Origin: an uncultured Christensenellaceae bacterium
GTDB lineage: Bacteria; Bacillota; Clostridia; Christensenellales; UMGS416
NCBI GenBank assembly: GCA_964509795.1
Contig: CAZDZB010000002.1
Location: 1 to 49,243 of the forward strand
Direction: 5' to 3'
Length of the DNA: 49,243 nucleotides
In this document: piece after piece, positions 17,770 through 26,875 of the stretch
Numbering within the stretch: the first letter of the stretch is position 1
Layout: each line of letters opens with the position of its first letter
Notes under the pieces: generated by a model
Database searches by the model: none
What the model saw: the letters and a program-made list of their open reading frames with translations, nothing else
What the model was told of the DNA's origin: nothing
Position numbers and translations under genes: made by a program

Positions 17770-18657
17770 ATTTTTAAAGTTAAAATTCCGGCAACAACCA
17801 CAAATTTTGGTCCTGGCTTTGACTGCCTTGGGATGTCTATAAACCTGTATAATTATATTTCTGTGCAAAAAAATAATACACTTGAAGTCGAAATACCTGA
17901 TGAAGATGCTGGCTTAATACCAACAGATAAAACCAATCTTATTGTCCAGGCAATGCAAAAAACCTTTGACTATGCCAAGGCCGACTTCATTCCTGTAAAA
18001 CTGACTCAGGAAAATAACATTCCTTTCGCACGGGGACTCGGCTCAAGCGCGGCCTGCATTGTTGGCGGTATTTTGATTGCAAATAAATTAATGGGTGATA
18101 AATTAACTTTTAATGAAATTTTAAATACCGCCGTAACTATGGACGGCCACCCCGATAATGTCCTGCCTGCTTTAACGGGCGGACTTACAGCGGCGATGAC
18201 ACACGAAGGGAAAGTCAATTATGTGAAAATGGTGCCACATGAAAAATTTAAGTTTGTTTTTATGGTTCCTGATTTCCACCTTAAAACATCTGATGCCAGA
18301 AAAGTGCTTCCTTCAAGTTATTCATTTCATGATGCCGTTTCTTCTGTAGGCAGGGCTGTGGTTTTCACATCGTCATTAGTAAATGGCGATGAAAGCAATT
18401 TAAAAGCCTCAAGTGACGACCTGCTGCATCAACCGTATAGAAAAAGCTTGGTTCCCCACTTTGATTATATAAATAAAAAAGCATATGCTTTTGGCGCACA
18501 TGCGTTTTTTCTTTCGGGTGCCGGCCCGACTATGGCCTGCATCATATCTGACAGTAATATTGATTTTGTAAAGAATATATCGGAATATCTCAATACCTTA
18601 GGTAATTATGAAATAATCACATCATACGCTTTAAATCAGGGAGCGCAGATAATTTAA
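17770..18657 (+). CDS. thrB: Homoserine kinase ThrB (GHMP kinase), probable ATT start
   Basis: The track ORF (17833) lacks the conserved N-terminus. In-frame upstream codons encode (I)FKVKIPATTTNFGPGFDCLG, the ThrB N-terminal motif. There is a TGA at 17761 and no ATG/GTG/TTG in between. AAGGAG sits at 17755-17760. The rest carries the GHMP motif PFARGLGSSAA. Confidence 0.85.
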   Translation: MFKVKIPATTTNFGPGFDCLGMSINLYNYISVQKNNTLEVEIPDEDAGLIPTDKTNLIVQAMQKTFDYAKADFIPVKLTQENNIPFARGLGSSAACIVGGILIANKLMGDKLTFNEILNTAVTMDGHPDNVLPALTGGLTAAMTHEGKVNYVKMVPHEKFKFVFMVPDFHLKTSDARKVLPSSYSFHDAVSSVGRAVVFTSSLVNGDESNLKASSDDLLHQPYRKSLVPHFDYINKKAYAFGAHAFFLSGAGPTMACIISDSNIDFVKNISEYLNTLGNYEIITSYALNQGAQII

Positions 18658-19407
18658 TTATTCACCGGGGCGTCTTTTGATTTTGTCCCACAGGTGGTAT
18701 GTATCTGTTTTTTTGATGGCGAGCATTATGTATTTGGCTGCGTCTCCGTCTTTTCTGTAAGTATCCAGGGTTTTTAAAAGCTGCTTCATGTCCTGCCTTT
18801 TTGAGTCAACATCCGCAGGGCATGGATTTTTGACGATTGGCAAATTATTTTGCTTTGCGGCAAGCACAACTTCCTTTTCCGGCGCGTATATCATGGGGCG
18901 AATCTGCACAATGTCAGCCCTGTCCATCCATGTAAGTGGTGAAAATGTATTTATACGGCCTTCATACAAAAGAGACATCAGAAAAGTTTCAATAACGTCT
19001 TCTCTGTGGTGCCCCAATGCCACTTTATTAAGCCCTAGCCTTTTGCATTCATCGTGAATGGAACCTCTGCGCATTCTGGAGCACAGTGAGCACGGGTTTG
19101 TCTCCTGCCTTCCTTCAAAAACTATTTTGCCGATATTTGTTTTAACCACATGATATTCAATGCCCCATTCGTCACATAGCTTTTTAACAGGCTCTGTGTC
19201 GAATTCGCCTGCGTGCCCCAAGTCAATAGTTATTGCGTGAAGTTCAAATTTGACTTTTGATATATACCTGTAAAGATGCATAGCTTTAAGGAGCACCATG
19301 GAGTCCTTGCCTCCTGATACTCCTACGGCTATTTTATCGCCTTCTTTTATCATATCAAAGTCTTCTACAGCTCGCCTTACGCAGCTTAAAATGTATCTCA
19401 TTTGCAT
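18658..19407 (-). CDS. ttcA: PP-loop ATPase, TtcA-family tRNA thiolation protein
   Basis: 249 aa. PP-loop VGVSGGKDS, CSLCSRMRRG cysteine motif, and a later NPCP motif. Confidence 0.65.
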   Translation of the reverse strand: MQMRYILSCVRRAVEDFDMIKEGDKIAVGVSGGKDSMVLLKAMHLYRYISKVKFELHAITIDLGHAGEFDTEPVKKLCDEWGIEYHVVKTNIGKIVFEGRQETNPCSLCSRMRRGSIHDECKRLGLNKVALGHHREDVIETFLMSLLYEGRINTFSPLTWMDRADIVQIRPMIYAPEKEVVLAAKQNNLPIVKNPCPADVDSKRQDMKQLLKTLDTYRKDGDAAKYIMLAIKKTDTYHLWDKIKRRPGE

Positions 19408-19419
19408 TCCTTTACTTGA

Positions 19420-21252
19420 CTAATTAATTATGCCCAGTATTTGGTTTTCTTTTTCCTGTTTAAACTGGTTTGTGTAAAGCTCGTAATAATGCTTTTTATT
19501 TTTCATCAGCTCTTTGTGGGTGCCGTCCTCCATTATTTTGCCATCTGTTATTACTAATATTCGGTCTGCATGGCGGATAGTTGACAGCCTGTGGGCTATA
19601 ATAAAACTGGTTCTTCCTTCAAGCACTTTTTCAATGGCGTTTTGTATTTTGGCTTCTGTTTCCGTGTCAATTGAGCTTGTAGCCTCATCCAGCACAAAAA
19701 GCGCAGGATTGGCAAGAATGGCTCTTGCAAATGACACAAGCTGTTTTTCACCGGTGGAAAGCTTGCTTCCGCCCTCTCCTACCGAGGTGTCATAACCGTT
19801 AGGCAGCTTTTTGATGAAATGGTCAGCATCAACCAGCTCCGCTGCCCTTTTCACTTCTTCATCTGTCGCGTCCAGCTTTCCGTAGCGTATGTTGTCCATT
19901 ATGGTTCCGGAAAATAAAAACGGCGTCTGCAGAACATACCCTAAATTGGAGTGAAGCCATATCTGGGGATAATTTCTGTAATCTGTGCCGTCAATTAACA
20001 CTTCGCCTGACGTTGGTTCATAAAACCGGCATAAAAGGTTAACTATGGTGCTTTTGCCGCTTCCTGTTTCCCCTACTATAGCCACTGTTTTGCCCTTTTC
20101 AACTTGAAGGTTAAAATTCTCAAGTACTTTTTCTCCGCCTTTATACTTGAAGGAAACGTTTTTAAACTCAACCTGTCCTTTTATTGATGGCCAGTTTTCT
20201 TTTTTCGGATGTATTTCATCCCCGTATTTTTCGATAATTTCGGGGGAATCGATTATGTCGCTTTTGGCTTCCACCAGTCCGATTACGCGCTCAGCCGCAG
20301 CCTGGGATGACTGCAGTTCCGCAAACACCCTTGCTATCTGGTAAATCGGCTCAAAAAACATTGTAGACATTGAAATGAAAAAGTTAAGTTCCCCCAGCAT
20401 TATTACCTGGTCAAGCACCTGCTCACCGCCTACCCAAAGCATTGCACCGGTTGCGACAGCGCCAAGTGTCATAACAATCGGCATGTATATTGCCGAAACA
20501 ACAGCAGCCCTTATTGAAGAATGTTTCATTCTTCCTGTCAGTTCGTCAAATTCCTTAAAATTAGCATCCTCTCTGTGAAGGCTTTTTGTGGTTCTTGCCC
20601 CCATTATTCCTTCATTAAAAGCTGATGTAATTCTGGAATTTGTTTTCTTCACCCGTCTTTGATATTTAAGAATAATTTTGCTGAAATATGCTGACAGTAT
20701 TGCTATGGGCGGCAGGACAATAACCATTACTATGGCAAGACGCCAATTCATAATAAGCATGCCTATTAGTGCCGCTGCCATGAAAAAAGCGCCCCACACA
20801 AGGTCAACCAAAGCCCAGGCAATGGTTTCGCCCAGCCTTACCGCGTCTGATGTCATCCTTGCCATTATGAATCCCACTGGTGTAACATCATAATATGAAA
20901 ATGACAATTTCTGCAGATTATTAAAAGCGTCTTTTCTTATGTCGTAGGTTATGTGGGTTTCCAGGAAACCTGCTTTGTATATAAACAGAAAAACAATAAA
21001 TCCAACAATTATTGATAGTGCCATATACAAAACGGTAAACCAGGTAAGCCCTTTAGTTGTTTCTGCCAGAATATAATTATCGATAGCATATGAACGCATA
21101 TATGGAATTACAACGTCAAAAACAGCAATTATAACCATTGAAACAGCCATTATAATCAAGTTTCTTTTATGACGCACCGCATATTGCAGCAATTTTTTCC
21201 ATGTTCTTATGTCAACTTTTTTTGCTTCAAATTCTTCTTCATAGTAATTCAT
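19420..21252 (-). CDS. ABC exporter subunit (TMD-NBD), consensus-site partner
   Basis: Walker A GETGSGKST, Walker B LFVLDE with catalytic Glu, H-loop AHR, atypical signature LSTGEKQ. I start it at MNYYEEE (ATG 21252), which overlaps the upstream TAA by 1 nt and is preceded by GGAGG. The track start at 21297 is an extension. Confidence 0.88.
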   Translation of the reverse strand: MNYYEEEFEAKKVDIRTWKKLLQYAVRHKRNLIIMAVSMVIIAVFDVVIPYMRSYAIDNYILAETTKGLTWFTVLYMALSIIVGFIVFLFIYKAGFLETHITYDIRKDAFNNLQKLSFSYYDVTPVGFIMARMTSDAVRLGETIAWALVDLVWGAFFMAAALIGMLIMNWRLAIVMVIVLPPIAILSAYFSKIILKYQRRVKKTNSRITSAFNEGIMGARTTKSLHREDANFKEFDELTGRMKHSSIRAAVVSAIYMPIVMTLGAVATGAMLWVGGEQVLDQVIMLGELNFFISMSTMFFEPIYQIARVFAELQSSQAAAERVIGLVEAKSDIIDSPEIIEKYGDEIHPKKENWPSIKGQVEFKNVSFKYKGGEKVLENFNLQVEKGKTVAIVGETGSGKSTIVNLLCRFYEPTSGEVLIDGTDYRNYPQIWLHSNLGYVLQTPFLFSGTIMDNIRYGKLDATDEEVKRAAELVDADHFIKKLPNGYDTSVGEGGSKLSTGEKQLVSFARAILANPALFVLDEATSSIDTETEAKIQNAIEKVLEGRTSFIIAHRLSTIRHADRILVITDGKIMEDGTHKELMKNKKHYYELYTNQFKQEKENQILGIIN

Positions 21253-23084
21253 TATATAACCTCCTCTTCCTGTTCCAGTGAGGCTTGGATTCTCCATATT
21301 CTTGAATATAATCCCTCAATATTTATCAAATCCTCGTGAGTGCCCTGCTGAACTATATGTCCGTCTTCCAGCACCAATATTCTGTCGGCTTCCATAAGGG
21401 TTGATATTCTGTGAGAAATTATAAAAGTCGTTATCTTCTTTTTGCGCTTATTGAGTGATTTTCTTATCTTTGAGTCAGTCTCTGTGTCAACTGCAGACAA
21501 TGAATCGTCAAATATCAAGATGTCACTGTCTCTTAAAACAGTTCTCGCTATGGCAATCCTCTGTTTTTGTCCGCCGGATAAGGTAACTCCGCGCTCTCCT
21601 ACAACAGTGCTGTATCCTTCTTCAAAACCAAGGATAACATCATGTATTGAAGCGATTTGTGCTGACTCCTCAATGCTGGGAAATTCCACATGCTCTTCTG
21701 CAATTTTTATGTTTTCTTCAATTGTTCTTGAATATAAAAACGGCTCCTGAAGAACAATGCCGATTCTTTTCCTCAGGTGGTATTTGTCAATATCACGCAG
21801 ATTTATACCGCCAATTAATATATCGCCGTCTTCCACTTCGTAAAGCCTTTGCAGCAATTGAACAAGGGTCGATTTTCCGCTGCCGGTCGCTCCCAATATT
21901 GCCACAGTTTCACCGTGCTTTACTTCAAAAGATATATTATTAAGAACTTTTGTGTCGCCGTACGCGAAGTTTACATTTCTGAACTCAATATCTTTATCCA
22001 GCGGCGCAATTACGGGGTTAGCGCTGTTTTTTTCCTGCTCAACCTGAAGTATTTCGTCAAGCCTGCCTGTTGCTATAAGCGCCTTGCCCATGTCTGCTAA
22101 AACTCTGCCAAACTGCCTTATAGGCCATATCATAATTCTGACATAGGTTACAAACATAATATACTGCCCGGCTGAAATTGAGCCATTTACGGCGTAAATT
22201 ATTCCAAGGACTATGCATATCAAAAGCTGGGCCACAACAACGACATCAGTGACAGCATAAAAGACTGCGAAATACTTCATAAGTACAAAAGTTTTATCTC
22301 TTAGCTTAATGTTTGTTTCGCTGTATTTTTCCCTTTCAAATTCCTGCCGTCCGAAGGCGCGCACTACGCGCACTCCCGTGAGGCCTTCCTGGAGAATGGT
22401 GGACAATGCTCCGTCCGTTTCTTCCACCTCAGTAAACTGCTCCTGCACTTTTTTGAAAAAGTAAAACGAAATTCCTAAAATCACCGGAAGCAGTATCATT
22501 GAGTAAAAAGTCAATGTCAGGTTTATTGGTACAAGTATTATAAGCGCAATTATAACCATTGTGACAACTCTGATTACTTCTGTCAGCTGCACAGCTAAAA
22601 ATCTTCGCACTGTATCAATATCTGTCGTGCATCTTTGGATTAAGTCGCCGGTTTCTGCATTAACATGATAATCGTAAGGCAGCCTTTGTATGTGGTCATA
22701 CACTTTGTTTCTGACGTTGCGGGCAACTTTTTCGCTTCCCTTTGCCATGTATTTAGACCTAAAGAACAAAAACAGTGATTTTAAGGACATAGAAATGACA
22801 AATGCAAGCGCAATAAGCCATATCCTGCCGTAAAGCTCCTCCTGTCCTCCAAATATTTCAACTAGCTTAAGTATAAAAGCAGGATAGTGAAGTTCGCTTG
22901 TTTTAATAAGTATGTCTGCGGCCAATGCCATAAATATTGGGCCCAGGAAATTAAAAATGTTTTCTAATACAACATTTATCATGCCTGTTGAAAAATCAAT
23001 CCTAGCGCCCTTTGTGAAACTAAATAGCTTTTTCCCTTTATGCTTTTTTATCTTTTTATTCTCTCTCTTTTTTTCAGTATTCAT
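21252..23084 (-). CDS. ABC exporter subunit (TMD-NBD), degenerate-site partner
   Basis: 610 aa. Walker A GATGSGKST, canonical signature LSGGQKQR, Walker B ILIFDD followed by Ser (no catalytic Glu), H-loop SHR. Confidence 0.88.
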   Translation of the reverse strand: MNTEKKRENKKIKKHKGKKLFSFTKGARIDFSTGMINVVLENIFNFLGPIFMALAADILIKTSELHYPAFILKLVEIFGGQEELYGRIWLIALAFVISMSLKSLFLFFRSKYMAKGSEKVARNVRNKVYDHIQRLPYDYHVNAETGDLIQRCTTDIDTVRRFLAVQLTEVIRVVTMVIIALIILVPINLTLTFYSMILLPVILGISFYFFKKVQEQFTEVEETDGALSTILQEGLTGVRVVRAFGRQEFEREKYSETNIKLRDKTFVLMKYFAVFYAVTDVVVVAQLLICIVLGIIYAVNGSISAGQYIMFVTYVRIMIWPIRQFGRVLADMGKALIATGRLDEILQVEQEKNSANPVIAPLDKDIEFRNVNFAYGDTKVLNNISFEVKHGETVAILGATGSGKSTLVQLLQRLYEVEDGDILIGGINLRDIDKYHLRKRIGIVLQEPFLYSRTIEENIKIAEEHVEFPSIEESAQIASIHDVILGFEEGYSTVVGERGVTLSGGQKQRIAIARTVLRDSDILIFDDSLSAVDTETDSKIRKSLNKRKKKITTFIISHRISTLMEADRILVLEDGHIVQQGTHEDLINIEGLYSRIWRIQASLEQEEEVI

Positions 23085-23429
23085 AATATTCCCCTTGATG
23101 TTACATCTTCTCTTATAAAAGTTAAACCTGCGAGATACTGTCGTTTTTTATGTAAACGCTTCGTTTATCACATTGCCTGACGCAACCCATTATCAAAAAG
23201 ATAAAAACAGACACAAAAAAACCACAGGGTCAAACCTGCAGTTTTAATTACATCATAAAAATAAGAACGTTAATATAAAACGACAGATCGATTTAGAACT
23301 CTATTTGATTTTGCTTTGTCACAGATTAGTAGCCTTATCATTTCGCGACCTGCCTTTCTTTTTTATTAATCCTTTGATATCATAACAAACCTTCTTGTAA
23401 AAATCAAGAATTTTTTGAAATTTATTTTT

Positions 23430-23768
23430 TCAGCCGAAATCCTCGCCGAACGTTTTACCGGCCAGAATATGAAAATGCAGATGGTCAACAGTCTGGCCGC
23501 CGTCTTTTCCTGTATTTACAACTGTCCTGAATCCGCTTTTGTCTACTCCTAGTTTTTTTGTAATTTGAGCAATCGCGCTGCTGACGTGATTTAAAATTTC
23601 TTTATCCTGAGCAGCCTCAATAATATTGGGGATATGCTTTTTAGGAACAACTAAAACATGGACGGGAGCCTTTGGAGCAATGTCTTTGAAGCATATCACA
23701 TTGTCATCTTCATATATTTTATCACTGGGTATTTCACCGTTTATTATTTTGCAGAAAATACAATCCAT
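23430..23768 (-). CDS. HIT-family (histidine triad) nucleotide-binding protein
   Basis: 112 aa. CIFCKI N-terminus and the histidine triad HLHFHILAG. Confidence 0.88.
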   Translation of the reverse strand: MDCIFCKIINGEIPSDKIYEDDNVICFKDIAPKAPVHVLVVPKKHIPNIIEAAQDKEILNHVSSAIAQITKKLGVDKSGFRTVVNTGKDGGQTVDHLHFHILAGKTFGEDFG

Positions 23769-23772
23769 TTTT

Positions 23773-24603
23773 TTACCTCTCGCTTGCTTTTTTTAGATTA
23801 TAGCACAATTCATCAAATTGTTGAACAGATAACCTTTCACCTCTAATGTCTTTTTTCAGATGCATTTTTTCTAAAATATCATAAACTTGCTCTTTGGGTA
23901 TTGCATAGTCAGCGGATATATTATTGGCTATCTGCTTTCTTCTGTTAGAAAATGCGCTTCTTACACATTTTCTGAATTCATCTATGTCACTGTTTATCTT
24001 TTTATTTTCATCCATTCTAATTTCTATTACAGAGGATGTAACATCAGGAGCAGGCGAAAAAACATGAGGCGGTAAATCGAACAGTATCTTTGCCTGCGCC
24101 CTGCACTGCACCATAACTGAGAGCACTCCGTAATCTTTAGTGCCTGGCGCTGCCTGAATTCTCCTTGCGACTTCTTTTTGCACCAAAACACGGATTTTTG
24201 TAATGGGAAGCTCCGAATCAAGCAGCTTCATCAAAACAGGTGTTGTAATATAATAAGGAAGATTGGCTACTACAATAAAGGATTCGTTTATTTTCTCTTT
24301 GTAAAGAGCATCCAGGTCAAGCTTCATAAAGTCATCATTTAAAAGCTCAAAATTGCCAAATTCGCTCATTGTGCTTTGCAAGAATCCGCATATATCCTTG
24401 TCAATTTCAATGGCTATAACTTTGCTGCACAGCCCACAGAGCTGCCTTGTCAGCCCGCCTGGCCCCGGGCCGATTTCCATGCATATCCCGCTGCTTTGGG
24501 CGGCAATCTTTTTTAAGATATTTTTATCAAAAATGAAATTCTGCCCAAGAGATTTTTTTGTGAAAAATCCATACTCTTTTAGTGCCTGCTTCAAATCGTA
24601 CAT
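23773..24603 (-). CDS. rsmA: 16S rRNA (adenine1518/1519-N6)-dimethyltransferase RsmA/KsgA
   Basis: 276 aa. KKSLGQNFI, SAM-binding EIGPGPGGLT, NLPYYITTP. Confidence 0.92.
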   Translation of the reverse strand: MYDLKQALKEYGFFTKKSLGQNFIFDKNILKKIAAQSSGICMEIGPGPGGLTRQLCGLCSKVIAIEIDKDICGFLQSTMSEFGNFELLNDDFMKLDLDALYKEKINESFIVVANLPYYITTPVLMKLLDSELPITKIRVLVQKEVARRIQAAPGTKDYGVLSVMVQCRAQAKILFDLPPHVFSPAPDVTSSVIEIRMDENKKINSDIDEFRKCVRSAFSNRRKQIANNISADYAIPKEQVYDILEKMHLKKDIRGERLSVQQFDELCYNLKKASER

Positions 24604-26070
24604 TTAGTATCCTTTTCTTAAGATATACACTGTCACGTCATATCTTCTGCCCCAAATGATACACTCCTGCTCTGTGTTCATAAAAAGGTCAATTTGGTTC
24701 CACCTGTCAGGGTCTGTGCGGAAACCGCCGGTGTCTTCGGCTATGCAGTATCCATACCCCGTGACATAAAGCAGCGATCCGTATGGAATGGTGCTTGGCA
24801 CCACTGCGCATGTTCCCGGGTTTGCCAATGTCCGTGTTGACCTCGGCCATGTGCCGGTTGCAGTTGTGCTTCCCGTATGCGTATATGCCGTGACCTGCGC
24901 ATACATTATTTCAACATAATCGCCAGGCGGAGATGGCAAGCTGGGGTTTGTTGCCTGCTCACCTGGGTTTTTTACCGTAGCATCGTCATAGCTTGTACTG
25001 CTGTCACTGCTGCTTGACGAATCTGTTGAAGTGCTTGCTTTGCTGGACGGCGTAGCAGTGCCCCATAGAATAATCCTGTTAACTGGGTCTTTTATAGTTT
25101 CCCTGCTTATTTCTGTCCTGCTCTGCTCTTCTCCGTCAATCAGAGTAACTTCATATATTATTTCAACTGCGCCTTTTTCTCCGTCCTGCTCCACATGATA
25201 ATATCCGGACTCCACAGTGCTGGTTTCCCCCTCTTCCGTCTCGTATGGCAAATCCTCAACAACTGTCACCTGTTTTATTTGCACATCAGTAAACTGAATT
25301 TTTATCCCGTCATAAACCAATGTGTCAACATCGGGGTCAACAATATCATAATCATCCAGCTCAATTTCCATGGCTTCAAAGGCATCTGAAACTTTCCCGC
25401 CGTACATAGTGGCGCTGTTTGTTATTCCATCATTTACAATGGAAACACTCATAGCGCTGCTTATGAAAATTTCCATACCGTCTGTTAATATATCATCAGC
25501 TACGCCGCTGCATTTCTGATTACTCGCCACTGTTATGCCATTCTCCGCAAAAAGCTCATCTATTGTTTTGGCTTCTGTGTATATTTCTGAGGGGATATTT
25601 TCTATATACACAGTAACTTTTATAAGATTTTCATTTTGTATTTTTTCAGATAAATTTTGGCTGCCGCTGTTTTTGGCTATACTTATTATTACAATAACTA
25701 TAACCGCAATTATAGCAGCCCCTGCACAGCCATACAAAAGCAGAGTTTTTATTTTATGTTTGAGCCTTCTCTTTTTTTTGTCGGCATCGCCTGTTTTGTC
25801 TTCGTTAAATACATGATGCGTTTTGTAATTGCTTCTGGTTGAGGTGTCTCTGCTTTGCCCTGACGCAACATTCCTTCTGGTTGGTTTTATTTCTTCAGAG
25901 CTGTCTAAATCTTTTTTCTGAAAATGTTTTACTATATTAATAAACTTATCTTTAAAGCTTTGAGTTTCCTGTTCGGCGCTCATTCCCCTGCTGGGGTTTG
26001 GCTGCCCTCTCCGGACGCGCCTTATGCACTTAGGTGTTTTTTGATCGCTCAATTTCACCATTCCTTTCAA
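24604..26070 (-). CDS. YabE-like cell-wall protein (basic N-tail, TM, DUF348-like, G5, Ser-rich linker, 3D/RlpA-like domain)
   Basis: 488 aa. Position upstream of rsmA matches B. subtilis yabE. C-terminal 3D-type motif GYCIAEDTGG...DLF. The start is uncertain: TTG 26070, ATG 26061 or GTG 26058. Confidence 0.7.
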   Translation of the reverse strand: MKGMVKLSDQKTPKCIRRVRRGQPNPSRGMSAEQETQSFKDKFINIVKHFQKKDLDSSEEIKPTRRNVASGQSRDTSTRSNYKTHHVFNEDKTGDADKKKRRLKHKIKTLLLYGCAGAAIIAVIVIVIISIAKNSGSQNLSEKIQNENLIKVTVYIENIPSEIYTEAKTIDELFAENGITVASNQKCSGVADDILTDGMEIFISSAMSVSIVNDGITNSATMYGGKVSDAFEAMEIELDDYDIVDPDVDTLVYDGIKIQFTDVQIKQVTVVEDLPYETEEGETSTVESGYYHVEQDGEKGAVEIIYEVTLIDGEEQSRTEISRETIKDPVNRIILWGTATPSSKASTSTDSSSSSDSSTSYDDATVKNPGEQATNPSLPSPPGDYVEIMYAQVTAYTHTGSTTATGTWPRSTRTLANPGTCAVVPSTIPYGSLLYVTGYGYCIAEDTGGFRTDPDRWNQIDLFMNTEQECIIWGRRYDVTVYILRKGY

Positions 26071-26212
26071 ACTTCACATGTAGTTTCTGTGATATGTTAC
26101 GATTATATTACAGTGGTATTTATATGTCAACGAATTTAATAATTCACTTTTTTAGATTTAATCTTATTTTATTTTAATTTTTAAAAAATTATTTCTTTTA
26201 ATTATAATCTTT

Positions 26213-26242
26213 TTGCTAATTAAATTATTTTTATGCTATAAT
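26213..26242 (+). promoter_or_regulatory. Putative promoter of mntP
   Basis: -35 TTGCTA (26213-26218), 17-nt spacer ending in TGC, -10 TATAAT (26237-26242). Confidence 0.5.
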
Positions 26243-26274
26243 ACCTATCGTATAAAAAATTATCAGGAAATATT

Positions 26275-26826
26275 ATGTCATTATTTGAAATACTGCTTTT
26301 ATCAACGGCATTAGCAATGGATGCATTTGCGGTTTCAATCTCAATAGGTGTAAGTTCACGAGACAGAGCAAAAATAAACGCGCTGAAAAGCGGAGTTTTT
26401 TTTGGCGTTTTTCAGGGAGGAATGCTTCTTGCAGGAATACTGACTGCAAATGTCCTTGCTTTTTTAATAGCGCCTTTCAGCCATTGGATTTCATTTTTTC
26501 TGCTGCTTTACATTGGAATCAAAATGATTTACGAAGCCTTATCAAAAGAAGAAGCAGTTAATATGACAACTTTCAAATCATTAATAATGCTTTCTGTCGC
26601 AACCTCTATTGACGCTCTGGCAGCAGGCATAAGCATTGCGGTTTTGTCTGTTGGCTTTCTTCTTCCTGTTGTTCTGGTCACGGTTATCACATTTGCTATT
26701 TCATATTTCGGCGTATTCTTAGGCGCAGCCATTTCCAAAAGTACTCCGGGTAAAGTTTTTGACATCATAGGCGGCGTAATCCTTATAGGTCTGGGAATAA
26801 AAACTCTTGTTCAGCACTTTATATAA
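26275..26826 (+). CDS. mntP: Manganese efflux pump MntP
   Basis: 183 aa, six-TM protein with the duplicated MntP motif: LALAMDAFAVSISIG, then SVATSIDALAAGISIA. Confidence 0.85.
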   Translation: MSLFEILLLSTALAMDAFAVSISIGVSSRDRAKINALKSGVFFGVFQGGMLLAGILTANVLAFLIAPFSHWISFFLLLYIGIKMIYEALSKEEAVNMTTFKSLIMLSVATSIDALAAGISIAVLSVGFLLPVVLVTVITFAISYFGVFLGAAISKSTPGKVFDIIGGVILIGLGIKTLVQHFI

Positions 26827-26875
26827 ACTTTTCGTTATTATAGATATATTTTAAAATTTAATATATAATATTTTT

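Noticed and set aside
26071-26274. Looked for a yybP-ykoY manganese riboswitch upstream of mntP.
   Set aside because: The region is almost pure A/T, with no GC-containing helices and no conserved yybP-ykoY core. Only a promoter is discernible.
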